The notes: generated by a model from the letters alone, not told the origin. DNA of 64,000 nt from Lytechinus pictus (GCF_037042905.1 NC_087251.1:14758001-14822000), one strand, 5' to 3'. Shown: positions 24,681 to 36,682, counted from the first letter of the stretch. Translations and numbers: made by a program.

Positions 24681-26741
24681 GTAATTTTTTGGTTGTTCTC
24701 GACCATTTTTTGTGATAAAGGTATCAAATAAAAGAGCAGATATTGAACTTTTTTAGGCATGTGAATTTCTTTTTGAAATTCAGATACCCCCCGCCAAATG
24801 ACTTTTTGGTATCCTTTCTTCAAATTGTTTTTGCTCACTCATGCGTAAATGAGGAATAATCAAAGTAATATCAGATGAAAAAGGAGATTGTCACTTGGTC
24901 TAATTCACATTGCCACTTCCCCCCATCCATTTTAAGGAGGGGGCGAAAAAGTATTTTAAAAAACAGAATGAGAAAATAAGACGAATGACTACGAACAAAG
25001 TATTAAAAAAATACATGATTTGATGGCTTTGTCACTTTTGGAATCCCCCAAACACCTTGGCCTCATTCCTCAAATATTTCATATCCTATAACAACATCAG
25101 TCTTGGACCTGAACCCTATCTACCCCCCCCCCCCCCCCCGAGCCTTTTTTTTTTTTTTATATCAAGGAGTTTGAAAATAGCAAAGAAGCAAGAAAAAAAA
25201 ACAGAAGCAAAACAAAACAATACAAACCCCCTTCCAACCCAATGGCATGTGTCCCCCTACCCTCTACCCCTCACCATAACCCCCCCCCTCCCATGCCCTT
25301 CGTTGTCACAACTCTCCGTTCTACTCGTGTGGGGGAGGAAGTAACTTGTTCCTTCCTTCTATGAATGGTAAGAATGAAAAAATATATATATATATGTACA
25401 TATATATATTTATGAAATATACTCTTATACCTTATAGCATTCATTAAAAAAAATTATTATTGTTATTATTATAAACAAATATCATTTATTTCATTTATTT
25501 TTTATTCTTATTTTATTTTTGCACTTATTTATCAATTATTTATTATTTTTTCTTTATTTATTAATTTATTTATTTCATTAATAAATTAATTAATTTATTT
25601 ATTTTTTATTATTTTTCTTGCACAGTAGATTTATCAGACAGGCCTTTTCAGTCACTTTTATACCCATTTTGTTCCAAAAGCACGCAATCTAAATGTTTGC
25701 GCTCACTTTGCTCGCTCGCAAGTTCACTAAATATTTAGCGAGGAACACATTTCCCATTATTTCTGAGCATTCATCAGAAGGAAATACATAAATAATCGAG
25801 ATATGCTTGAAAGGATTATATTTTACTTCTCAAAACATAATGAATCTTTATATTTGGGGTGCCCCCCAAACCCCAATTAAAGCCCTATTGGTATCACACT
25901 ACCACATCCACGTGCGTACTCATTATGGAACCGGATTTACGTCACTGAGAAATGATTGCACAAGTACTCAAAGGAATTCGAAGATGGAGGCGGTCAAAGC
26001 TTTTTGCTCATAGTGACGATACGTAACATATTTTCTTCAGACTAATCATCCCTCAAAAGGTAAGAGTTTGTAAACTATTCTTATTGTGAATCTTTGTTAC
26101 ATTCAATACTGAATTCTTGCACTGTCATTCTTCTGTCATGTTGAATTTGCTCTTCTATATCACCTACACACAGTTTCTTTTTAGTCCAGGCCTTTGCACT
26201 AGACCTAGTATTGGATTAACGAAGATATCCCAGGGGGGCATTGCCATTACACCAATGACAGCATGCTTTGTACGACCTGTCCATATAGTAATAATGACAC
26301 TAGAGGGCGTACTCTTACGATTGATGTTGGGAAAGTCAATGGGAGGTGCCATGGCTGGGTCTAACCCACACGGCGAATCACTCTAAAGTCCGGGTACGAT
26401 CTACTGTCATGGCATTAAAAAAAAGGAATCAATGTCCTTTTATCATACACTGAAATAAATGAAAATGCTATAGGCATTATCAGTTACAACATGTGCACGT
26501 GTTTGTTTTTAAATCGTGTGTGAACGTGCGAGTGTCATGTGGAGAGTGTTTTATGAAAGGACATGTCAGAGGTTTTATCCAACAAGTCCGGAATTATTTG
26601 ACAGTAACCAATGTAACTGTTGCTCACTGCCAATCTGAAAATGTTGATGAAACGCTCCCCCAGATAGATGGAAGTCCGGGAAAGGAAAATTTTACTCTAT
26701 TTATTTAGATAACAATATTTTCGGCACGGAGCATCCTTTCA

Positions 26742-27368
26742 AGGATAAATTCACACTGACGAAATTTTTCTTGTAAGATAGTATTAAACAAAGATAATGT
26801 TAATGATAAATACTGGGGAAGGTTTGATAATTCATCAAATATCAAAAGAGTTATCAAAATTGTAATGTTTTGATTTTTGACGTCATACTATACGAGCATT
26901 TCCATATATTTTGTGCAGTAAAAAGATCAAGAAAATAGGCCTATACTTTTTAAAGATTTGTATTGCCGCCCGAATAGTCATCAAATTGTCAAAAGAAAAA
27001 TCAACTCATTATCTGTACAAAGAGTTGCATATACTTACAACAGTTAATCCTAAATAAAACAAAATATAATTCTTTTTTGTCAAAAGATTTAAATATTTTA
27101 CGTACCTTCTGCTTAGTAATACACAAATCATTTCACATGTTCGTTAAAGAAAACATTTGTCATCATGAACCATCAAAAAGTAAATTAATGCATTTTATAT
27201 GATTTAGCAGGTGTGGCAGCTTACCTAATATGATCATAATTAAGAAAATAATTTTTTGATAACTTTCTCGATCTTTGATGGCTTTTCCTCAAATCTTACA
27301 AAAATAATATTTTTGGTTTTTCCCCCTGTTATTTCACAACAAACTTTTCGTCAGGGTGAACCTCCCCT
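26742..27368. mobile_element. Kolobok-like MITE
   Basis: Imperfect TIR aggataaattcacactgac / gtcagggtgaacctcccct; TTAA-like flanks. Confidence 0.7.
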
Positions 27369-27565
27369 TAATGGGTCATCAAATCTACCCAAAACTTACG
27401 GGGCAATTTGTTCTTAATCTTAAAGAATGCAAAATTGATAAATCTTTTAAAAAAGGGATGCATATTGGATTAGAACTTAATGGTGGCAAAATTTACAAGA
27501 CAGTAAGTGTGCCACATTCAAAATTTTCTTAGTAAGTTTAGTGAGATTATGCATTATGATCACAG

Positions 27566-28260
27566 CAGCGGCGTAACAGGGGTCGGTGGCCAGGGGGGGG
27601 GAGGGCAAGAGTAAAAAATTTCCCGGTAATATCATGGTATGAACAGGCGTAACGAGGCGACGATTTTGAGAGGGCCAGACATTGCGTATCAGGCAGAATT
27701 TATTTTGAAGAAAAAAAGGTTGCGAGCAAGCAAAAATTTTGACATTTTCAATACAAAAAAAAATCAAACTTTGTGATAGATTTTGACACGATACCCAGAG
27801 GATAATATATTTCACACTTTTTTCTATCCATTCTTTTTTTTTGTGTGGTCTGTATGCCACTGTGAACATGATTCTTTGCGGCAGTAGCGTGAAGTGTAAA
27901 AAAAACAGAGAGGCGCAGTATGGCGCATGTGCTAAGAAGCTGCTTAATATAAGTCCCGAGCGAGCGAGAATAAAAATTACATTTCGTGAGAGTTTAACTT
28001 TGAGATTGTGGAACCAAGACCCCCCCCCCCCCTCTGCGCCTGTACGCCGCTTTCCTTCCTTTTCTTTTAAAGAATATTTTTTTCTTCTTCGTTTTCCTTT
28101 CACTTTTCACTTTCCTTTTCCCTTTTCTTTTCCTCCTTTTCTTTTCCTCCTTTCTTTTTCCCCTTTCCTTTCCTTTTCCCTCCCTTTTCTTTTTTTCCCT
28201 TTTTTTTCCTGGTGAAATCTGCCAGGGAAGCAGCTTGCCCCCCTGCCTGTTACGCCACTA
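27566..28260. mobile_element. hAT-like non-autonomous element
   Basis: TIR CAGCGGCGTAACAGG / CCTGTTACGCCACTA; degenerate 8-bp TSD gatcacag / aatcaccg. Confidence 0.65.
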
Positions 28261-29868
28261 AATCACCGTGACAAAATACCTAGAAGGGCTCATTTTCTGG
28301 TCTTAATCTCCCTTATATACTTCAGACAATATAATGTATGTCCTTTGCGAGGTAACACTTTTTATTTCAAACTACGCATTAGCGTCCCAGAAGTTGATTT
28401 TATATTATTTGTTTTTGTTTTTTTCATATTTTGAAATATTTAGTTCTCAGTTTATTCTTTTTCATTCTTTGCCATGAAGTTGCAGGCACACAGTGAATTT
28501 TATTCAATGAACCTCTTACCTAATAGTGAAGTCGGAGAAGCAAGACATTATGCCTTTCCGTTTTTTCCGTTATAACATTGGCTTATGTTTTTTTTCTCGT
28601 GAACAAACATAATCTTTTTAAAGTGAATGCTTTGCTGTACAGGCAAAGAGAATTAGATTTAAAATGGAAATGTCTTGTAGCAAGCTGATTTTTTTTTCAT
28701 GATTTGGGTCCAGGAAAATGTTTGGAAAAACAAAGTCCTCAGGGGGGGGGGGTGTCAGTACTCCAAGATGGCGTCCAAAATGACGGCTATTCACAGAAAA
28801 GAAACATAGCTCATTATTTACACTAGACATCCAATTTCGTGCATATTTGCTTTAAAGGGGTAAAAAGATGTAGTCACACAGGTTAGAGTGAAAATAAGCA
28901 GACCAAGATACCTAAAAATCCAAGATGGCGTCCGAAGTCAAATTTATATTACACAATTCATCTATTATATACTTTAATGTCTTAATTTGTTTCTATTCAA
29001 TGGTTTTAATGGTCAAATAGTACAGTAGGACAAGTTGTAAGGATCAACAATCATAGTATTTCTTATCATATGAATGGTGCTTTTTGTGAATAATTATTCA
29101 TCTGGTTGTCTTTAGCGTCAGCATTGCCGCTTTGCGTAATGATGCCAGAGGCGGTCCACTTTTTTTCCTTCTTCTTTTTACTGATGGGAGGGCGATGTTC
29201 TTGCTCAGAGTGAAACAATATCGAATTGGAAAATGAAAAGGATATAACCTTATTAGTATAGTACATGGATGAAAATGAATATATTTGTGGCACGATTAAG
29301 AATTGGAAAGCTTGACTTAATAATTGTTTAGGACATTCTGAGATGGACGGATTATTACTTTTTAGGACATTTTGAAAGTCTACGTACGAGCATGATGTCA
29401 TACACATAATGGCATTGAACTGGGTAACTTATTTAGACACATCTTCTCCTTGCAATAATGTACAGCATACAAGTTCATTTATGAAGAATTTAATCTTTAA
29501 AATACCACTAAATAATGTGGGAGTACACGCCATTTAATAACATAAAATCATTTTTTACTCATGTGAATACCGAAAGTAATATAATGACCAAGACTTCTGT
29601 GTTCGTGCTCTTCCTTCGCTTGTTTTCTTGCTTTACTCAGATTCGTTTGACCATCTAAGTAACATGCACCATTTTAGGAAGACAACAAAATCTATCAAAT
29701 AAACAAAGAAAACAATATATTGACTTAAAAATCTGTTAATGTTCGGTAAATACTGTTCATTATTTTCTATCCCACAGATAACGCATCACAATGTTGCCGA
29801 CAAGAATTTTCATGCTGTTTGCCCTGTGGCATCTTGTAGCCGTCGTAAATTTGGTTGGATATCGTCCC

Positions 29869-32320
29869 ATGGAGAAAACAACATATGACACAATCTGTAG
29901 TCTCGTACGAGGAGATTTCAAGGTACCACTTGCTGAACGTACAAGACCCGTGATCAATGCTTGTCGAAGGTACTACAGGAATAGGGAGCTTTACTAAGTA
30001 GATGAGGATGGGATCCTTTTTCTTGATGGGAAGAAAGTAGCCAAGGAATCAGATATCGATGGTCAGATCGACCATGCAATGACAACGAGTAAAGGCGCTG
30101 GTGCTCGCAAAATACAGCTCTGTATCAGAAACCAATTTCGTGGAATCAGTGAACGCAGGATCTTAAACAAGCTGGATAATTCTGAAACCTATCAAAAGTC
30201 AAAACCTAGGTTTAAGAATAAAGCAGTTGTAAGACCGATCCAAGCATTTACAGTTCATCGGCATCATCAGGTAGATTTAATAAACATGAGAGACCAAAAA
30301 GTCAATCACAAGGGAAAGACATACCACTATGCTCTGTCAATCATGGACATATTCAGTAGGTACGTCTGGTTGAAGCAATTGGTTTAAAAAACCAGTAAAG
30401 AAGTGGCCAACAGAATGGAGGAAGTCTACTTAGAACATGGACCCCTGCTTGTACTGCATCATGACCAAGGTGGAGAATTTTAAAAAGCCGTAAGGGAAGT
30501 GATGAACAGGCTGCGGGTCCAAATCATCAGCAGCTCGCCATACCACCCACAAAGCCAAGGCAAAGTTTCGAGGTTTATTTTGGCAGGAAGAACAATAACT
30601 TGGTCTCGGCAGAAAAAAAAAAAAGTCAGAATTCGTCACGAAAGTAGTAATGGTATTGTTCGACATACGCCAAGATAATCTGATTTGACAAAACTTCGGA
30701 GATGTCGAATGCGTAAAGCGGCTGCTAAAGCTTGTCGTCGCATTGCCGAACGCATGGTTAACAGATTTATTCGTAGAAATCCACCATCTATCTATGAAAA
30801 GTGGGAGATGGTCCTCGTAAGAACGAGGCACGGCAAACATCACGAGCCCAGAAGATATCAGGTTGTCTCAGGAGTGATCCTCAGGCATAATAGGAAGCAC
30901 CACCGATATCTGGTGAGATATACAGGCCATCCAGACAACAAAACCATTGAAAAGTGGTTTCCTGTACAAGATATAACTAGTATCACAGTCGAAAAAGGCA
31001 CCAGACATGTGCCAAGTCTCTAGAAGAAAATCTAAGGGAACTCTTTTAATTCCCAAAGAATAGGCTGTCGGAAATTGGTCGCCCGATTCGTTATAATCCA
31101 CAAGGAAACGGCAATTGCCAATTCGAGGCAATTGTTGACCAATTAAGAATGCATGGTATTTATCGTTCTGTCGAGGCTTTAAGGCATGAGATTGTCAGCG
31201 ATTTGGCAATCAATCCGTACGACATGACTGGAACTTACTTAGGAAATTTTGTAGATAACACGGATTTCCAACGTTATGTGGAAAATATGGCAAAAGATGG
31301 TTCTTATGGTGATCATCTCGTCCTGCAGAGAGCGAGTGAGCTGTATAATGTTAACATAATTGTGGTTTCATCGATTGGCCCGCACGCAAATGCTATTATC
31401 TCGCCTACAGGGTTTTTTCAAGACTGCTCACCAACAATTCTGCTCGGACATTTCGCTGAAGGTCAAGAAGACCACTATGTCAGTCTGGTGCAGACACCTT
31501 CCGAAGTAGAAGCTGTTATCAATGAAAGCAACAATATATACCGACTTGACAACTTAACGACACAGGATACATCTTCGTCAGATGTTTCTAATGGATTACC
31601 TGATGATCTTTCTAACAACACAGAACGTACACTATCAGTGACGCCAGAAAGCTTCTTTGATATTGACTCAGAAAGTTCATTGCCGATAGGCCTACAGCAA
31701 GAAAGTCAAATGTTTTCGGTATCTCCTCAAAGGTCTATTGTCTCGTCGACTCCCGAGAGTTGTCGGTCTGCGCAACAGGATAGTCCTCATTCTCTTCCGC
31801 CCCAAAGTCCCCTGTCTGTCCAGCTAGAAAGTCCACTTTCTGCGCCTACGGAAAATCCTCTTTCCGTCCCTCTGGAAGTCAGAAAAGAAAGGTCCCAGCG
31901 CATCCAATCAGTTAGCCGATTGTCAGATATGAATTAGACTGCCATCATGAAGCAGTGGCGTCAAGACTACCTCCTGAAATTCTCCAACAGATTATAAGGG
32001 AAACCTTGTTTCTTGATATGGGAATGATTGGTATATTTAATCGCGTGTCTGCAACATTTAAGGAGCTAACAGCTTCAATGTATCCATCATTGCATATCCA
32101 TGCATCCCTTAGTAAAGAACTCGATATTGATGGCTGTAACAAGAGAGCTATTAGCATCAGAAAAATATACACTCGTTCAGGAAAAGGAAGTGGACTGTCC
32201 TTGAGACTTAAAGAATTGTTTGGATCAAGATCCAATTGGATCAATGACTGGTTACTCTTAACGGCCATTAAGTATTCGAGATTTATCATAACGGATATCT
32301 ATTGGAAGAAAGAGCGTTAA
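29869..32320 (+). pseudogene. Decayed transposon polyprotein: Ginger/KRBA2-like DDE integrase + SH3-like tail + OTU cysteine protease + S/P-rich linker + F-box-like C-terminus
   Basis: One frame reads through three TAA stops (29995, 30385, 30481): HQVDLINM...YALSIMDIFSRYVWL..KTSKEVA...HG..VLHHDQGGEF...SSPYHPQSQGKV. Then FEVYFGRK, PPSIYEKWEMVLVR...KWFPVQDITS, the OTU motifs GNGNCQFEAIVDQL (Cys 31116) and EDHYVSL (His 31473), and LPPEILQQIIRETLF...NRVSATFKEL. Confidence 0.85.
31050..31937 (+). CDS. OTU-domain open frame within the transposon relic
   Basis: Stop-free frame containing the OTU Cys motif, YVENMAKDGSYGDHLVLQRASELYNVNIIVVSS and LLGHFAEGQEDHYVSL; no ATG upstream of the Cys in this frame. 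Confidence 0.6.
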   Translation, partial: FPKNRLSEIGRPIRYNPQGNGNCQFEAIVDQLRMHGIYRSVEALRHEIVSDLAINPYDMTGTYLGNFVDNTDFQRYVENMAKDGSYGDHLVLQRASELYNVNIIVVSSIGPHANAIISPTGFFQDCSPTILLGHFAEGQEDHYVSLVQTPSEVEAVINESNNIYRLDNLTTQDTSSSDVSNGLPDDLSNNTERTLSVTPESFFDIDSESSLPIGLQQESQMFSVSPQRSIVSSTPESCRSAQQDSPHSLPPQSPLSVQLESPLSAPTENPLSVPLEVRKERSQRIQSVSRLSDMN

Positions 32321-32420
32321 GACAACCGTTGCGGCCAGAAATTTACATAGACCTAGGAAATTTAAAGAAAAATTGACACTTCCCAAACATCTTAACATTT
32401 ACTGTATCTTATAAAATAGA

Positions 32421-32606
32421 GGAGGCGCGATAGCTCAGTCGGTGGAGCGGGGGTTTTTTATTCCGGTGACCCGGGTTCGATTTCCAAATGGTGCGCTTGT
32501 GCCCTTTGGTGAGGCATTTATCCTCATTACCAGACCTTAAGCCGTTGGTCCCCTGGTTGCTTGCTCACAGGCATTCGTGCTTTCTTAGCAGTCAGGTAAA
32601 AAACCT
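32421..32606 (+). mobile_element. tRNA-derived SINE
   Basis: TAGCTCAGTCGG A box, GGTTCGATT B box; same family as 15776-15970. Confidence 0.85.
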
Positions 32607-32696
32607 CGGTAAAACCTAAACCTATCATTACATATGAATTGTGCTATCATAACAAAATTGTAGTGTAGCGGTAGTGAAGTGGAGCCTGCACGAACT

Positions 32697-32780
32697 TAGA
32701 CCAAAAGCTTCAGTCTCTGTATTTTGGTTGTTCCGCTGAACTACGTTGGCTCCACTCACCAATACATAGACTGAAGAGCT
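32697..32780 (-). mobile_element. Fragment (right end) of the TAGAC..GTCTA family seen at 35951-38952
   Basis: Reverse complement matches ...gtgagtgaagccaacggagttcagc...acagagaccgaagcttttggtcta. Confidence 0.75.
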
Positions 32781-33145
32781 TGGAGGCCCGTACGTACAGA
32801 AAACGTATAAGTGAACTAACGTTTTATAGGTCGCGATTTAAAACTGTTTTTTAATTTACAGTTTCATGGTTTCCATTATCAGGGAAATATAAATCACTTT
32901 CAGTAATAGCGTACCTTGGACAGGAGTTATTGATAAAAATCCTCTGGATGATCGAGAAATCTTTCATCTAAGACATTTTCACCTGAGCTGATGGTTTTTC
33001 TTGCAAGTTGCCATCTTGAATGACGTCATTATCTTATTAACTTTTTAATGTCTCGATATATCGAATGTCGTCTGCTACCTGTGATTGTAGCGGTTTAGCT
33101 CGCATATGGAGCAGATCGCATAATAGTTAATATCGAAAGCAATAT

Positions 33146-33815
33146 TAGGGTGTCTGAAGCCACACTGAAAAGTGTCAGCGTAAAACAGGGAAAATATGGC
33201 ACATTTTTTCGGGAAGTTCAGGCTACTAGAAAAATGTGATCTGAATTGATTATTAACTTGTGTTTGGCATGCATGGAAAGAAAAAATTCAGGGGCTTCTT
33301 TTGACAGTACGGACAAGTTTACATGATCATTTTAAATAACGATTTAGAGATAAATTGCAAACCCTAATTTTTGTGTGTGTTGATATTGCCATTTCCCCAT
33401 GCGTTTTCTATGGGAAAATGAAATTTCTGTTTTGCACAATTTTTTTCACTTTGTCGCGATTTTTCTTTGTGATCTGGTTTCCAAATCTTTATTAAAATCA
33501 TACCATCAGAAAGAGCATAAAAAATTCTATTGGACTCTTTATGGACAAGTTTTTGGCATTAATAATAAATTTATAACAGCTCTCGGAAGCTAAAAATTTG
33601 GATTTGTGTGTGTCCATTTCTTAACTACACAGTCTATGGCAGAGAAATGCTGAAAATTGACCTAATTTCATTCTTCTATTTTGCAGCCAATAATTGGATT
33701 TTTTTCAAAAATGTTACATTTCTGTCAGTCTGAAGGTCATTTCTCTTCAAATTTACAAGGAAAATGTTATATTTTCTTGAAATAAGAAAAATAATTATTT
33801 TCTCCAGACACCCTA
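33146..33815. mobile_element. hAT-like MITE with TAGGG termini and 7-bp TSD
   Basis: TIR TAGGGTGTCTG / CAGACACCCTA, flanked by gcaatat..gcaatat. Confidence 0.85.
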
Positions 33816-34728
33816 GCAATATCGATATCACATTCGTAAATTGTTGATGCACTCTCCGTTCGTTTGTAAATATCTCATATTTTGGCTGCCATTTTGGGAG
33901 TGATTCTGGTGTCCAAGTCGCAAGTAAACATCGGTAAACCGTAAAGTACCATTTTCATACCTTTTAATCTATTTCGTTGACAGTTATTCATTGATTATTT
34001 ATATATGAAAGATACAGTACGACAATACGCCAGACGGTGGCCTGTACTTATAGAGACGAAGAAGAAGATTGATATCTTGTAGTTTATTATAAATCCTTAG
34101 AGTGACTGTAAATTCGATGTAAAAAAGCATATCGAAGTGTGGACAGTTAATCGGCAAAAGGGAGGATGTGATAACACATGCGAGCTTACACTAACACACT
34201 ACCGTCGGTGAATGGGGATGATAGTAAAATGTCAGAAATTGTTGAATAGTTCCCCAGAAACGACGGTTATTCCTGTCTAGCACGAACTTCGCCCGAGCTG
34301 GTAGCCATGCCATGGTAGCGGTCACTCATGGGTTCAATGCATCTCGCGTGCGAAGGATTCATATGCACATGGTGCACGCGAATCTTTCACACCCTTTTTA
34401 CTAAAATAACTATGCCATTACAGTTTACCTAAAGTTTCTAATTGTGCTATGACACTTACCGAACCATATGGATCGTTTGTTGACTTCTCTTTGCTGTTTT
34501 TTTAAGAAAAAAAAAGCATTTTCTCGTGATCTTCACGTAGATGCCGCAGGATCATCGTGGATGTAAACTTTTGCCTAAAGAGGGCGCGCGATATTATTCA
34601 CAAGACGTTTGTTTACGGTTCTGTGTGTGTTCTGGAGCTTGTACTGCTAGCTGCATTTTAGACGCTCAGCATTATTTTCCTCTTTCTTTTTTTTTTTTTG
34701 GCTGTCAAGCGGTGTATACTCTATTATT

Positions 34729-35057
34729 GACAAGCTTTAAGACCTTTATGGCCCCCCCCCCCCCTGACGAGCTTGAAGACCTTTTTTTTTTTTTTTTTTT
34801 TTGCTTGTCAAAATGTTTATTTTTGATTGAAGACCTTTTTTTTTTTTTTGCTTGTCAATTTTTTTTCTGGTACAAAAACGTTTATTTTTGATTGAAGACC
34901 TTTTTTTTTTGTTTTTTTTGCTTGTCAATTTCTTTTCTGTTACGAAAACCTTTATTTTTTATTGAAGACCTTTTTTTTTTTTTTTTTGCTTGTCAATTTT
35001 TTTGGCGGCCGCTTTTTGCCCCCCCCCCCCCTGTGGAAAATCCTAGGTACGCCACTG
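34729..35057. mobile_element. Truncated copy of the CAGTGGCGTACCTA-ended element (family of 39957-40307)
   Basis: Internal gaagacc(T)n-gcttgtcaa repeats; right end cctaggtacgccactg. Confidence 0.75.
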
Positions 35058-35106
35058 GTTTTATGCTTTAACAGAAAACATTTTGTTTTCATTGGAAAAT
35101 CTCTTA

Positions 35107-35364
35107 AAGTTCAAGTGCACCCCAGAAAAAATGTTTGAATAAATAGAGAATTATGAAGCAAGACTAACGCTGAAAACTTCATCAAAATCGGATGTACAAT
35201 AAGAAAGTTATGACATAATAAAGTTTTGCTTATTTATCACAAAACAGTTACATGCACAATTCATTGATATCTAAATGAGAGAGTCAATAATGTCACTCAC
35301 TATTTCACTTTTATTGTTCGAATTATACAATATTTCAATTCTCACGACTTTGACCAAATAGGAC
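35107..35364 (+). mobile_element. Truncated Kolobok-like MITE (family of 63157-63739)
   Basis: TTAA|agttcaagtgcaccccag; shared block aacgctgaaaacttcatcaaaatcggatgta. Confidence 0.75.
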
Positions 35365-36371
35365 CCTCTTTAAGTATATACATGAGATGCAACCTGTTGA
35401 TTTTTGGTACAATTTCCTTATGCGCCAACGACTTGAATCGAGAATGTTTGAAAGGAAAAATTCGCATTTCGATTGTTGTTTGCGTAATTTCCACCGCAGT
35501 ATGAAGGATGACTAAGGACGGACCGAGCGAAGTATCCTGGTTGAGATTTGGAGGTAAGCGATAAAAACACTTTTATAAATAATTTAAAATTCCTTTTTAA
35601 AATGAACTTAAAAATACGATCAAGATTAACATAGTGGACAAATATTGAAAGGTTTGGCGCAGTTTAGTCCCTCACATTCGTGTGATGAATGAAAACGTCA
35701 AAATGCACTATGAAATCACATGCGTTGTGCGAGGTTAGTATACTAACCTCGCATGTTGTGAGAGTGGGTAGCGGTCTCCCAACACTTTTTATATTATATT
35801 ATTATAATTCTGTCAAGTGAATTTGACTTCAAGTTCAACCAGGGACCGGATCTCTTGGCTTGCCTTCCGTCTGGTAAGTGGTATTTATGATTTTGATCAA
35901 TGATTTTTTTATAATCTTGTCATTCAATGAACAATGAACACTCACAAGCTTAGACAGCTGGCAGCCGTCTGTTTCGAGGAGTTTTTTAAAAAATTTTATT
36001 TTTTTAATTTCTCCTCATACACAGACTGCTCGCTATCGTGCAGCCACCATTAGGGGACTTACAATGCAAAATCCCCCCGTCAGGGCTCTTTAATTTTTGT
36101 CTTTAATGAATCAAACTTTTGAAAATTAACGCGACCGAAATGCAAATTAATATTCCCTCTTGGCATTGATTGCCAAAAAACGGGGAAAAACAAGTTAAAA
36201 ATAAAAGGAACAAAAATAGTGACTAACCTCGGCTGTCGCGCTACTTCACTGCCCTATTTTATCCGAACTAATACACATAAACATATGCCACATATGGCCA
36301 TTGAGTCCCATGTACAGATCGCGCTAGAACTTCGGTCTCTGTATTTGGTGAGTGAAGCCAACGGAGTTCAG

Positions 36372-36682
36372 GGGCCGATTGCACGAAAGGGTCTTTCCAA
36401 GGACCGTCATTCGTGTCGCCCATCTTTTATGATGCGCTATAAGCGGGGTGTTTCTGAAATTTATGATAAACAAATAAAATTTGTAAGCTTGCTTTTAAAT
36501 CAAATTTTATACAATTTCATTAGATATCACATCATTTTATAAACAAATATTTTGTTTATTTTAACGGACAAATAAAATATATTTGCAGATAATTTATTTG
36601 AAATGCGTTTCACATGGCGTATCATAAAAGATGGGCGACACGAAAGACGGTCCTTGGAAAGACCCTTTCGTGCAATCGGCCC
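36372..36682. mobile_element. PIF/Harbinger-like MITE with ~65-bp TIRs
   Basis: GGGCCGATTGCACGAAAGGGTCTTTCCAAGGACCGTC... and its near-perfect inverse; CAG/CTG flanks. Confidence 0.85.

Noticed and set aside
27477..28215. 208-aa and 124-aa ORFs
   Set aside because: Lie within a non-autonomous element and a pyrimidine tract; no domain features.
29869..31023. LTR retrotransposon or Polinton origin for the integrase
   Set aside because: No gag, protease, RT, RNase H, LTRs, polB or capsid ORFs are visible nearby; loss by deletion cannot be fully excluded.
32421..32500. tRNA gene (also 15900-15970 and 11310-11381)
   Set aside because: A and B boxes are present, but there is no intact cloverleaf and each continues into a SINE body.
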